A stretch of 64,000 nucleotides of DNA. It comes from Eledone cirrhosa (lineage: Eukaryota). Shown piece after piece: positions 14,079 to 27,400 of this stretch (position 1 is its first letter; each line of letters opens with the position of its first letter). The position numbers and the translations under genes were made by a program. The notes under the pieces were generated by a model, which ran no database searches, was not told the DNA's origin, and worked only from the letters and a program-made list of their open reading frames with translations. Location: assembly GCA_964016885.1 (NCBI GenBank), contig OZ024742.1:258416001-258480000 (forward strand), given 5' to 3'.

Positions 14079-14868
14079 TTCAAACTCGCGCACCGTTTCA
14101 AAAACATACTTACATGTTTACATTTATAATTTGCTTATATATATATATGTTCGGTCTAAGAAATGAACATTTGGGAAGCTAGAAATCGCAAATAACAGAA
14201 CTGTCTAAGGTAAAACATACTAAAGGTAAGTCAACAAGGAGATTCATCGTAGGTGTACTATACAAAGCATCGATATTACGTTAGTTTCACGACTGGTATA
14301 TATGAAAAACTCTTAATATTTTGGACACTAGTCCGTCACCTAAAGTTAGAAATAGAGATGCAAATGAATTTATTTTGGAGACATATGAAAATAAAGGTAG
14401 ATCAATGAGAGTAAACATAGAAAACAAGGGAAAGTGTAGACAAGAGAGAAAACAAGTATGATTCTTAGTCAACTATCTAAAAATATGAAAAGTTCAGAAC
14501 GTGGCAAAATTGTTGAAGAGGTATTGAAGAGGAGATAAGCATCAAATGTATTATAACAATATTTGCTTGTTTTTATAAAGTTGTCACAGTTTGAATGACG
14601 TTGAGTGCGTTGAACTGTGATTAAATAAAAGCTACCAAGATTTTACGAAGTGTGTTTACTTTTAAATAGTTCTCTTGATTGTTTCTTTGCTTGCGATACT
14701 GAGCATAGCTGATACGTCTAGACAATTTGACAGGCTGGCCGTCCTTATATAACTATGTGGAAACAAAAATATTTAGTCACGAATAAAATAATAATCACGA
14801 ATTCATCCACATGATACAAACAAATACAAATACAACCACCCACCGCAGAAAGAGCAACGAAAGTAATT

Positions 14869-14904
<36 letters not shown>

Positions 14905-14970
14905 ATACTAATACTATCACTACTACTACTGCTGCTGCTGTTACTGCTACTACTACTACTACTACTGATG

Positions 14971-15033
<63 letters not shown>

Positions 15034-15080
15034 ATAATAATAATAATAATAATAACAGAAGAAGAAGAAGAAAAAGAAGA
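14869..15080. repeat. Compound (ACT)n-(AAT)n-(AAG)n microsatellite
   Basis: Read directly from the sequence. Confidence 0.97.
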
Positions 15081-15236
15081 TAACTAAAATAGCGTAAGAA
15101 GAAGTATACTAAATAATATTTTGCGAGGGTGCTAGTAATAATAATTAAAACGTAATAAATATGGTTTTATTGTTATTATATTTAAAATGTCATGTTACTT
15201 TTGTATTAATGCGGTTAATAATAATAATAATAATAA

Positions 15237-15335
15237 TTGTTTCTTCTATTGGCACAAGGCCAGCAATAACCCAGTAGATTACTGGTACTTTATTTTATTG
15301 ACCCCGTAAGGATGGAAGGCAAAGTTAACCTCAGC
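15237..15335 (-). mobile_element. 3' fragment of a tRNA-derived SINE inserted in (AAT)n
   Basis: Matches the 3' half of the SINE at 35590-35780. Confidence 0.8.
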
Positions 15336-15353
15336 AATAATAATAATAATAAT

Positions 15354-15401
15354 GATTTCTTTATTGGCCACAAGGGCTGACATCAAGAAAAACATTACAG
15401 A
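15354..15401 (-). mobile_element. Tx1 subfamily B 3'-terminal stub
   Basis: Reverse complement of the 28878-28927 / 34898-34946 tail (gatgtcagcccttgtggccaataaaagaaatc). Confidence 0.8.
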
Positions 15402-16067
15402 AGTAACATAGAAAACAATTCTAAGATAACACAACCAGCACCAACACCAACACCACCATTATCTTCTTCCCCATGACAACCACAACCAATACCAACAACA
15501 GTACAAACTCCACCATCGCCATCACCAACACAATTTTCGTTGTTTAATTAGTTTTCATATCGTAAAGTTAGTAATATGATTTAGCTGGCAGCTGTCAGTT
15601 GATTTAGGGTAATTAGAAGATACATGTTTGAGCTGGTCAGATTAACGAACGGCATCAACAGAACACGCTCAATTTCCGTTTAATTAAATCAGAGCGGACA
15701 CGACAGAATTGGACTCACAATAGATATAATATTAGTAACAATAAGAACATCAGCATCACCAACATGTAAATGAAAAATGTCATAATAACAAGAAGAACGA
15801 AACCTAGCATACAAATAATCACAACTAATTATCAATTCTACTACAGCAAGAAATTCAACGACAACGAAAATTTGAAATATATACAAAAACAAAATAAAAC
15901 ACCTGCAACAATTAAAAACAACAGTAACGCCAATGGATGTGATAGCAACACTAAATGTAACAACAAGAACCACAAAAACAGTAACATAACAACAACAAAT
16001 AATAATAATAATAATAAATATAACAATAATAATAAAAACAACAACAAAAACAACAATAATAATAATA

Positions 16068-16975
16068 GGAGGGGACAATAGGCCAGGGGATGTCCAAGGA
16101 GGAAATAACATCAAGGAGAAAAAGCAGCCTTCAGGAAAAATCCCTTCATAGTACCTTCTTTGAGAAAACTGAATTTAGAGATCCACAGACATGGAACTGG
16201 TTGAAAAGAGGAGACCTTAAAAAGGCTACAGAAGAATGTTAATGGCCGCGCTGGAGCAGGCCCTCAAAACGAAGTGGTTGAAACACCATATTTACAAGGA
16301 GGAGGCTAGCCCACTGTGCAGGATCTGTGGAGAGAGAGAGGAGACTGTGGCTCACATTGTATCCGAGTGTAAACACCTAGCCCAGACTCACTATAAGGGC
16401 TGGAGACATGATATGATGGGCAGGGTGATCCACTGGCACCTGTGCAAAGTAAACAATTTACCACATTCTGAGAAGTGGTATGAGCATAAGCCAGAGGCGG
16501 TGATAGAAAACGATCAGGTGAAGGTGCTGTGGGATTTTAGGATACAGACGGACAAGAAACTGGAACACAATAGACCTGACCTGGTGGTTGTGGACAAAGA
16601 AAAAAGATCGTGCCTGATTGTGGATGTGGCCTGCCCATTCGACACGAGAGTGCAAGAGAAGGAGAGGGAGAAAATTAACCGATACCAGGACTTAAAGTGG
16701 GAGGTAAAAAGGATTTGGAACTGCCATGAAGTCAAAGTGATCCCGATTGTCATAGGCGCACTAGGGACTATCTCAAAATGTTTCCAGGGATGGTTAGAGA
16801 AAATTGGCCCCTTCACGCTTTTTGGAACGCTTCAAAAGGCATGCTTGCTGGGAACAGCAAGAACCCTCCGATACGTCCTGAATATCTGAGGCTGCAGGTA
16901 ATGGCTTGATATTCATTTCAACAAACTTTCCGGTTAACTAACATCAATGACTGAGACTCAAAGAGTAATAACAAT

Positions 16976-16985
<10 letters not shown>
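16068..16985 (+). mobile_element. R4/Dong-like non-LTR retrotransposon, 5'-truncated (CCHC finger and RLE endonuclease; ORF 16236-16889), ending in (AAT)n
   Basis: CRICGEREETVAHIVSEC, RHD, RPDLVVVD...IVDVACP, EKINRYQDL, VIPIVIGALG. Confidence 0.9.
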
Positions 16986-17011
<26 letters not shown>

Positions 17012-17235
17012 GGCGCACTAGTTGCTATCTCAGAGAGTTTCCAAGGATGGTTAAAGAAAATTGGTCCCGCCCCTCATTTTGGAACACTTCGAAAAGCTTG
17101 CTTGTTGGGACAAGCAATAACCCTCCGATACACCCTGAATATCTGAGGCTGAAGGTAGTGGCTTGATATTCATTTCAACAAGCTTTCCAGGTTAAATAAC
17201 ATCAATGTCTGAGACTCAAAGAACAATAATAATAA
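17012..17235 (+). mobile_element. Short 3' stub of the same R4/Dong-like family
   Basis: Diverged direct copy of about 16754-16975, flanked by (AAT)n. Confidence 0.88.
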
Positions 17236-17239
17236 TAAT

Positions 17240-17392
17240 GCTTTCTATATTGACCACAAGGGTTTACACAAAGTAGACATTAAGGACAGTACAGGACTAT
17301 ACAGGACGGTACAAATGGGCATTTCTGCGTGGAAAAAAGAAAAAGACAGAGGATGCAACAAAAAAATTACAATGAAAAATTCCCCAATGGGA
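17240..17392 (-). mobile_element. Tx1 subfamily A 3'-UTR stub
   Basis: Diverged direct copy of about 17407-17550, flanked by (AAT)n. Confidence 0.88.
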
Positions 17393-17651
17393 TTAATAAT
17401 AATAATGTTTTCTTTATTAACCACAAGGGTTTACATAAAGTAGACATTAAGGACAGTACAGGACAATACAGGACGGTACAAATGGGCATTTCTGCGTGTA
17501 AAAAAAAACAGAGGTTGAAATAAAATAACAAAGAAAAATTCCCCAATAGGGGGGAGACTTCCGAGGGACATTTGTGGAGAAAGCCCATTAAAAGACCACA
17601 GTGGCCCTGACCACCAGGGCAAGTGCCCTCTCCCAGTTTTCCACCTTTAAT

Positions 17652-20600
17652 TTACAGACACATACTCAGAGAAGGCCCATTCATTCGGGCCATACTTGCT
17701 TCTCTCACCCATCTTTCAATAAAATGCTGGGAAGAGAGCACTTCCCTCTCTACCCTGATTTTCCTTTTCAAATGAAATTTGAAAAAGTTAATCAGGGCAT
17801 CACCGAAGAGGTAAGTGCTCGTCTTCAGCCCTTTCAAACGTGTCCACGATACTATCTCTTTCGCCATGGCCACCAGACTATTATAAACTGCCTGCCCTTC
17901 CCGGCTAAAGGAAGAGGGCGGGGCAATCCTCACGATGGACTCAGCTGATAGCTGGATCCGTCCTACACGTGACAGCAGGTGTTCGACATAAACCCACAAG
18001 TCAGCAATGCTCGGACACTGGACGAGTGCGTGCAGGACGGTTTCGTCGCCCTGCGCGCATCTCGGACATGCCCGGCTGACGGCACCTCCATGCCTGTAGA
18101 GTTTATCCCGAACTGGCAAAGCTCCTCGGTAGCACTGCCAGGCCAGGGATTTCTGGAAGTTGTCCATAGACCCCGACCCGAAAGTCCTTCCGAAGAGATT
18201 GGCTAGTTGATTTTCGTCGACGCCGAGAGTTACTCCAAGTACGTCGTCGCTCTTCCCCTCCACTAATCCCCTATAGAACGCCAAGGTGGAGTTTCCATCG
18301 ATCACATTGCCCGATTGGTCGAGGGCTGTGAGCGCCTGAAGACATTCCAGTCTCCAAGCGCTCCCTCTCGGGCTTCGCTTGACCCAGGACTGCAGCTCCG
18401 TCAAGGAGACGAGCTGGGGAAAAACGTGTCTAGCAAACGGCGACCACACCTGATCACCGTCGAGGAAGAGGTGGAGATGTCGTAGCCTGAGCGCGTGTCT
18501 GCGCATCATCAGCCACGGCATGCCCAGCCCTCCACGTAGCGGGTGTTGACAGCAGATGGACCGCCTGACCATCGGAGCGCGTCCCTTCCACAAGAAGCGA
18601 AAGAGCAAACGCTCCAGCGCAGTCAGACGGGGCTTAGGACAAGGTACGACGGTCAGGCGGTAGTAGATGACGGACGCGATGTACGCGTTAGCCACCTCCG
18701 CTCGACCTTTCAGGGATAGCTTCCTCTCGGCCCATTTCTGGGTGAGAGAAGCCACCCTGGTCGTCACCTCGTCCCAGTTTTTGTCCGTCTGGAGGTCTGG
18801 ACCGAACCAGACCCCTAGCAATTTAACCGGTCCGTCCGTCTAGCGCCCGACGACGCTGTTGGACGGCATGGACCTGCCTCTCCAGGTGCCGAGCTGCAGG
18901 CCCACTGACTTTTCCTGGTTGATCATTGCTCCTGTCACCGCTTCGTATTCTCTTAGTGTAGTGCCGATCGCCTCGATGTGTTTGGCGTTCGACACCACTA
19001 CGGTGACATCGTCGGCATATGCTGACACGGATCTTCCGCATCCTAGTTCGCGCGGGACCCCCCTCAACGTCTCCAGTTTGTGCATTAATGGCTCGAGAGT
19101 CAATACGTACAATAGGGACGAGAGGGGACATCCTTAGCGGACCGAGCGCATGATGTTGAACGGTTCCGAAATGTGACCGTTCACTCTCACTACAGAGCAG
19201 ATGTCGCTGTGCATGGCAGCGATCCAGCCTCTGAAGAAGGGCCCAAAGCCAGCCGCCCTCAGGACTGCCGCTAGGTAACTATGGTCGACCCTATCGAAGG
19301 CTTTCGACTGATCTAAATTGATCAAAGACCCACCCGTGCCAGGTTTCCTAGCTACCCTCTCTACGATGTAGCCCATGAGGTGGAGGTTGTCGTGGATGGA
19401 TCTGTCGGGAATGGCGCATGTCTGTGCCTCTCCCACCAGACCACCAACGACAAGCGCCAACCTCTTTGCTAGCACCTTGGCCAAAATCTTTAACTCTGTG
19501 TTTACCATAGTTATGGGCCTAAAATTATCTCTGTTATCCCCCTTGTTTGGATCCTTTCTCAGCAGCGCCACCGCTCCTCGGGTCACAGAGCTGGGAATTC
19601 TCCCGTTCTGTTGCCAGTTGCAGTAGACGTCCGCCAAGAGGCCTCCGAACAAGTTTGGCATTTGTACGTAAAGTTCATAGGGCAGACCATCCAAACCAGG
19701 CGATTTACCCCTTGTGCAACTAGTCATTGCATCCCGTACTTCAGCGGTTGTTATCGGCTTTTCGCAACACTCCGCCTCAGTGGCCGAAAGCCGCGGCAGT
19801 CCGTCGAGGTAGACACTAAAGTCCATCCCTCGATCCGGCCTGCCACTGCCCCCGAACAGTTGAGCGAAGTGTCGCTGAAAAGCATCACACATTTGCCCGG
19901 GATCGAGTAGCATGCGCCCGTCGTGGTCCACCAAAGACCGGATCGTGGCCTTGTTGCCACGACGCGCCTCCGCCACTCGGGCCCATTGAACGGCTTTCGT
20001 CCCCTCGTGTCTGAGAGCACGCACCCTAGCTCTGACAATGCAGCCTTCGTGCTTTGCATTGAAGAATTGGTCAAGGGCCAATTTCGCCGCAAGTACGTCG
20101 GTCGCGATGCCTTTGCTAAGCGCCTCATCTAATTTTCTAACTAATTCTCCCTCTGCTCTATTTTTCTCTATTGCTAAAGTGTTACTAAACCTAATGGACT
20201 CTATTCTAATTGCTCTTTTCAGAGCAAACCACCACTTGTTGTTGACGATGGCCCCCGTCAACGCCCGCTTAACTAGTTCGCTAATCCGGTCTCTGTAGGC
20301 CTTGCGCGCTGGTAAGGACGCGTTTAGCTTCCAGTAGCCGGGTCCTTGTCTATGAAGCCTATCTAAGTCAAGCACACAGATCACGAATTTGTGGTCCGTG
20401 TAGCTGACTATCTTGAATTGTGGACAGCCTATGCTAGACCTATCTATTTCCCTACAAAATACTCTATCTATATATGATCTGGATGACCCTATGCGATTTG
20501 TCCAAGTCCACATTGGTACATTCGGGAAATCCATTCGGTACCTGTCAGACAGTTCAAAACATCTGAGCAGGTTGGTGACACTCTTGCACCCTCCTTCCCT

Positions 20601-21071
20601 ATCCACTAATCCCACACAATCCCAGCGTGCATCTAAGATCCCGTTCCAGTCGCCCACTAACACTAAAGAGCGGGACGTTCCAAGAAAGGTCTCCAGACGC
20701 CGGAAGAAATTAGGCCGCCCTGCTCCTGTCGGGGCATAGACGGCCACTAACCTGAAAGCTTGCCCGTCTCCGCTGGTCACGTCCAGCACCACCAACTTAC
20801 CTTCTGGGTCCAGGAAGATGGCCCGTATGGCAAGATCCAAACCTCTCCGAAAAAGCACAGCAACTCCTCCCCCCGATCCCGGACGGCTGGGAGATGCGTA
20901 CACATCGTAGCCGCCGAAGATCGGTGCGAAAGGCTGTGCTTCGGACATTCTGGTCTCGCTGATGGCCACTACATCTATGTTTAGTGACCTGAGGTCGTTG
21001 AGCAGGTGGCCCTGCTTCCATGACGACCCCAAGCCACGCGCATTTATGCTGCCTATTCTGAGTGAGGTCAT
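17652..21071 (-). pseudogene. Tx1 ORF2 (APE endonuclease, RT, C-terminal Zn finger); stop at about 19134 and frameshift at about 18830
   Basis: SINARGL, ISETR, VYAP, GDWN, SYIDR, TDH; KSPGLDG, FRPIT, LDQSKAFDRVDH, AYADD; CPRC...HALVQC. Confidence 0.93.
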
Positions 21072-21105
21072 GTTGAAAAGGAGTGGAAAAGATGGGAAAG
21101 ACCAC

Positions 21106-22805
21106 TTACCTTACTTCTCGTAGGGGAAGGACGGTTTTTCCATCCTTTTCACTGCTTGTGGCCTCCTCAGGAAGGATGTCCTTATAAATCCTCCTGGAGA
21201 GTGCTTGTCGGAAGTCTCCGATGTCTTTGGGGAATTTTTGTTTTAGTGTCATGTACGTTTTCTGTGTGATGCGAGTGATTTGTATGTGTGGAGGTGGTGT
21301 GAATTTTGGGGTTGTTGTGTAGTCTTTTTCTGTGATGCTGGTGTTGTGTTGGATGTAGTGTAATAATTGCTTGTTGTTCAAATTTAATGCTGTGTAGTGT
21401 GTATCGTTTTGGTTGTTTTGTTTTGTTTGCGTTTGTTGTGGGTTTGTTTCTGTTTCGCATTTTGGTGACTTTTGTGGTGTAGGTGATGTAGGTGTTGGGG
21501 TTAATGATGGTGATGGTGTTGGTGTTTGGGTTGATGGGGTTGGTGATGCTGGTGTGGATGGTGGCATATCTGTCCTAACTTTTTTGTTTCTTAATTTATT
21601 TGTTTCCCTCTGTATTTTGTTTTTGGAGGGGGAAGGAAGAGAATTTTTTTCTTTTTTGGTTTCTTTTTTTTTTCCGGATATCGTTTCCCACTCCTCGTCG
21701 TCACAATCTGTCTCCAGTTGTGATAGGCCGGGGAGTAGAAAATCCTCCACAGCCTTTAGTTTTGGTTGTGGCGTGGTGGATGGTGTAGGCGCTGGTGCTA
21801 GTTCTGAAGCGTTGGGTGGTGGTGGTGTTGGTTTTGCTGGTGGTGGTGGTGGTGTTGGTTTTGCTACTGTTGCTGTGGTTGTTGCTGTTATAGTTGCTTC
21901 TGTTGTTGCTGCTACAGTTGTTGCTGCCGTCTCTGCTACTGGTGGTGTTGATGGTTGTGTCACTGGGGTGGGTAGGAGAGGTGGCCTCAACCTTTTAGCC
22001 TGAGGGCAGAAAGCCCTTAGGTGGGTTCCTTCACCACAAACGACACACCTATGTCTTCTGCCCTCGACAATTACCGTGAGGTGGCTGCCGTCAGTGAGGT
22101 CTATTACCTCTGGGATCTCCTCAATGCTTTTTTGGTCCGCTTGGATCAGGAGCTCCATCCCAGATCCGGACCAGTTTTCCTGCTTTTCTTTTGCTATTGC
22201 TATTATTTTCGTGTTGGCTTCGATGCCGGCGAGGACGGCCGCTATTAGCCAGGGAATTTCGATGGCCGGTGGAACGTGGGTCACCCTGATCTTTACGAGT
22301 CTCTGGCCACAATAGCTTGGGACGAGTGTGAAGTCGTCACTTTTTAATGGGGCCATGGAGTGTTCTCTAGCCTCCTCTGGTGTTTCAAAGAACACGTCCA
22401 CGGTTCCATACTTTTTCCCACGTCAGATGTGGGTTTTTCTTGCCCACACATGTCCCAAAGTTTTTTGGATTTGGGACTCGGATGCCCGTTCCACTCGGCG
22501 CGATTTTACATTTATTGTTCTATACGACACGGTACATAGGCGCCGATGCTCCATTTTATTAGGGGGGGGGTGAGGCTGACCCTGTACCCATCTCTCTTTA
22601 CCATTTGTTTGGCATTTTCTAAATCTTCCTGAGTTACCGTAAATTTTTCGAATTGTTTTGCTACTCTGGCGAAACTGAGGGGGGGGGGGGTTATAATGTC
22701 ATTGTTGTTGTTGTTGCTATCGTTAATATTAATTTTAGTTTCAGTTGTGGTGGTGGTGACGTCAGTCGTCTTTGGTGGGGAAGAGTCCATTTTGCTTGAT
22801 TTCAT
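21106..22805 (-). pseudogene. Tx1 ORF1 (gag-like, CX2CX4HX4C knuckle, Pro/Thr-rich linker), frameshifted near 22560
   Basis: CVVCGEGTHLRAFC lies in ORF 21106-22401; the N-terminal part is ORF 22512-22805. Homologous to 29325-31042. Confidence 0.85.
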
Positions 22806-22861
22806 TTCGACATCACGAGTTAATAATAATAATAATAATGATAATAATAATAATAATAATA

Positions 22862-24410
22862 ATCGGGGGAACGTGATAAGAGAACTTGATCAAGAAAAAA
22901 CTTACAAATATCTAGGTGTTTGTGAAGGAGACGGAATCAAGCACTCGACAATGAGGGAAAGGATAAGGAAGGAATGTTACCGCAGAGTAAGAGCAATCTT
23001 AAGAACGGAATTGAATGCAAGGAATAGGATCGATGCCATAAACACGCTTGCCATACCAGTAGTAACCTACAGTTACAATGTCATCAACTGGTCAAGCACA
23101 GAGATCCGTAGGCTCGATACAAAAATTCGAAAATTCTTAACCATGCACAGAATGCATCACCCTAAGGCAGATATAGATAGAATATATCTCCCTAGGAAAG
23201 AAGGAGGACGTGGGTTAATCCAGTTAGACATTGCGTTGAAAACTGCAACAATTGGATTATCTACATATCTAAGGGAATCACATGATTGGATGATCAAACT
23301 CGTTTTGAAACACGAAAGCATCAAAAAATCATATTCCATTACAAAAGATGCACAAAGATACAGTAATGGACTACAAATTTCAGAAGTCCCATTTACTGCT
23401 GAAATGGAAAACACAGAAAAAGCAAAGCAGGTAAAAGTAACTGAAAAGAAAGAACTGCTAGAGAAACTGGCTAAGAAATGGCAAGAAAAGCCTCTGTATG
23501 GAAAATACCCAGAGCGAGCTAACAATCCTGATGTTGACACAACTTTAACCCATCAGTGGTTGGCATCCTCTGGACTGAAATCGGAGACTGAAGGACTGAT
23601 TATATCGGCACAAGATCAGTGTCTGCCAACAAAAAATTACCAAGCCAACATAATAAAGAATGGGTGCAGCCCATTATGCCGTGTATGCAAAAAACAACCA
23701 GAGACCATTGACCATATAATTTCAATGTGCAGTCCTATAGCTCCAACCGAATACCTAAACAGGCATGACAGAGCTGCACAATACATACATTGGATAATGT
23801 GTAAGCATTTTGACCTGCCCCATCAAAAGAATTGGTGGGAGCATCAACCACCTCCCATACTTGAAAAATATCACATCCCAATATTGTGCAACTTTAGCGT
23901 CCAAACAGACCGAAAAATAGATGCAAACAGACCTGATATAATATTGAAAGACTTTCAAAAGAGGGTATGCCTGCTAATTGATGTCTGTTCCAATAGACAA
24001 GAATGTATCTATAAAAACATTTGAAAAATTGAGCAAGTATAAGGACCTGGAGATAGAAATTGGAAAAATGTGGAAATTGAGAACTAAGACAATACCAGTG
24101 GTTGTAGGCGCTCTGGGAATGATACATAAGGGGTCTAATGAATACATATCGCAAATCCAAGGAAACCCGGTAATAGGAGAAATACAAAAGATAGTACTAA
24201 TGGGAACTGCCGATATACTAAGGAAGATTCTGTCAATATAAGTACATCACAAGTCTAAACACTAAAGATGCATGTGTGAATATATATGTTCTTTCTTGAA
24301 CATGGCGGACCTTTTTGTCTCTTGAGGTCACTGGTTGTGACTTGGTGATAACTCTTATGAACATAAAGCAAGATAAATGCAACTGTAATAATAATATTAA
24401 AAATAATAAT
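22862..24410 (+). mobile_element. R4/Dong-like LINE (second family), 5'-truncated: RT C-terminus, CCHC and RLE, ending in AAT repeats
   Basis: YKYLG, RIYLPRKEGGRGL, ETEGLIISAQDQ, CRVC...HIISMC, RHD, RPDII, KLSKYKDL. Confidence 0.92.
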
Positions 24411-24414
24411 AATA

Positions 24415-27400
24415 CCTTCTGCAATGAGAAGACCCTAAGAAACCGGACACACTGCTACCAGCGACAGGACAGGCGGCAACCAGGAAGGATAGGTCCGTGG
24501 CACCGATACCCACCCCACGGAAATCAAGAACAGCAGCAGCAGTGGAAGTATTAACAACAACAACAGTAATACCAACTGCAGCTGCAACAGAGACTCCACT
24601 GCAACCATCACCAACAAGAACAAGTGAAAGAGCGGAGCTGGTACCCCTCCCCGACCTCACAGAATCGGACATGAAGTGTGAGGTGAGAGAGGGAGGGCAA
24701 AAGGTCGCAAGAAGGCACAAACGCAGAAGCAGCGCATCGTCGCCTTCGAAAAGAGAGGAAAGAAATGAAAAAAAGGGTAAAGGCTACTGCAAATAGACTT
24801 ACAGCAGTAACATCACCACCGCACTACCACTACCATCACCACCGGCGGCAACCCCAAAAACAACAACACCTTCAACGGCACCACCACAAGCACTAAAATC
24901 GCAAACACAACAACAAAACACACATCCAGCAACAACGACAAGAAAATAGCAGAACCACACCCCACCTCCAGAAAAAGAAATGCACATCAATAAATACACA
25001 CAAGAAATTAATAACTTACATAATTGAACACAGGCATTTCACAGCACGACTACATAATACCAGCACCAATCAAACCACCAACGAACATAAGACTGGTAAG
25101 AATATCACAGAAACAATACCAAAACATTAAAATGAAATTCCCCAACGCAGTTGGTGATTTCAGAGACCTAGGAGGGACAATAAACCGAGAGTATACTCGG
25201 ATATACTCACAGAAGAGCCGACGACCAGCCGAAGGGACGATTCAACGGTCCCTTCACCAGACGATCAAGGTAAGTGATCCTTTCTCACTTGCCCCGTTCC
25301 TCACCCAATGGCCGTATTCAGGATCGGAAGTATAAACGCACTTGGCTTGAGCTCGGTTTGGAAGGAGGGTCACTTGCTTAACGACGTCAGGTCACTAAAC
25401 ATAGATGTGGTGGCCATCAGCAAGACGAGAATCTCCGAAACGCAAGTTTTCGCGCCGATCCTCGACGGTTACGTGGTGTACTGACCTCCGAGCCGTCCGG
25501 GAGCGGGGGGCGGAGTGGCTGTGTTGTTTCGGAAAGGTTAGAGTCTCGCCATAGGGACCATCTTCCTGGACCCAGAAGGTAAGCCGGTGGTGCTGGACGT
25601 AAGCGGCATCGAAAGCAACGCTATCAGTCTAGTAGTCGTCTATGCCCCGAGAGAGGCAGGACGGCCAGATTTCTTCAGATGTCTAGAGACCTTTCTTGGA
25701 ACGTTCCGCTCTTTAGTGTTAGTGGGCGACTGGAACGGTATCTTGGATGCACGCTGGGATTGTGTGGGGCTAGTGGATAGGGGAGGAGGGTGCAAGAGCC
25801 TCACCAACCTGCTCAGACGTTTTGAACTCTCTGACAGGTATCGACTGGATCACCCGAATGTGCCAATGTGGACATGGACAAACCGTATCGGGTCATCCAG
25901 ATCGTATCTCGATAGGGTATTCTGCAGAGAACTAGATAAGGCTAGTATAAATTGTCCACAATTAAAAATAGTCGACTACACAGACCACAAATTTGTGATC
26001 TGCGAGATCGACATAGACAGACTTCATAGACAAGGACACGGTTACTGGAAGCTGATAGCGTCTTTCCTGGCGCGCAAAGCCTACATAGAACGGATTAGCG
26101 TATTCGTTAAGCGGGCGTTGACGGGAGCGGTCGTCAACAACAGGTGATGGGTCGCCCTGAAAAGGGCAATTAAAGTAGAGTCGATTAGGTTTAGCAAAGG
26201 ACTAGTGATAGAGGAAAATAGAGAAGAGGGAGAGCTAGTCAGAAAGTTAGATGAGGCGTTTAGGACAGGCATCGCAACCGACGTGCTTGCGGCGAGATTG
26301 GGACTCGACCAATTCTTCACCGAAAAACACGAAGGCTGCGTTGTCAGAGCTAGAGCGCGTGCTCTGAAACACGAGGGGACAAAAGCCGTCAAATGGGCCC
26401 GGTTGGCAGAGGCGAGACGTATCAACAAAGCCACAATACGGTCTTTATCCGACCAAAACGGGCGCGTGTTTTCAGCAGCACTTTGCTGAACTATTCGGGA
26501 GCAGCGGTGGGCCAGATCGGGGTATGGACTTCAGTGCATACCTCGACGGACTGCCTCGGTTCTCGACGACCGAAGCACAGTTTTGCGAAAATCCAATAAC
26601 AGCTGGGGAAATACGGGAACCGATGGAACTGCACGAGGGGTAAATCGCCAGGTTTGGATGGTCTGCCCTACGAGATTTATGCATTTATGTTCACCGAACA
26701 GACTTGTTCGGTGAACTCTTGGCAGACGTCTACTGCAACTGGCAGCAGAACGGGAGCATTCCCAGTTTTGTGAGCCGGAGAGCGGTGGCGCTGCTGAGAA
26801 AAGACCCGAACAACGGGGATGTTATAGATAAGTTCAGGCCCATAACCCTGCTAAACGCAGAGTTCAAGATTTTGACCAAGGTGTTAGCAACGAGGTTGGC
26901 GCTCGTCGTCAAGGGTCTGGTGGGAGAGGCGCAGACAAGCACCATTCCGGACAGAACCATACACGACAACATCCACCTCATGCGATACATCATAGAGAGG
27001 GTGGTTAAGTAACCTGGCACGGGTGGGGCCCTGATCAACTTGGATCAATCCAAAGCATTCGATAGAGTCGACCATCGGTACCTGGCGGCAGTCCTCGAGG
27101 CAGCTGGTTTCGGGCCCGTTTTCAGGGGTTGGATCTCTGCGATGTACAGCGACATCTGATCAGTTGTGAGGGTAAACGGTCAGCTGTCGCAGCCATTCAG
27201 CATCATGCGCTCGGTCCGCCAGGGTTGTCCCCTCTCGTCCCTCTTTTACTGTACAAACTGGGGGCGATGAGGGGCGTCCCACGCGAACTAGGATGCGGGA
27301 AATCCGAGTCGGCTTACGCTGACGACGTCACTTTGGTAGCGTCGAGCATCAGACACGTCCAGATGGTCGGCACCGCTCTCAAGGAATACGAAGCGGTGAC

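Larger units (their letters stand above)
17407..22820 (-). mobile_element. Tx1-clade LINE, subfamily A copy 1, near full length
   Basis: ORF1 with a gag knuckle, ORF2 with APE-RT-Zn finger, 3' UTR with AATAAA, and (AAT)n on both sides. Confidence 0.93.

Noticed and set aside
22696-24024. 442-aa ORF with a hydrophobic, signal-peptide-like N-terminus fused to RT/RLE
   Set aside because: It is a chance read-through: antisense Tx1 ORF1 start, then an (AAT)n spacer, then a truncated Dong element. Nothing indicates a real fusion gene.
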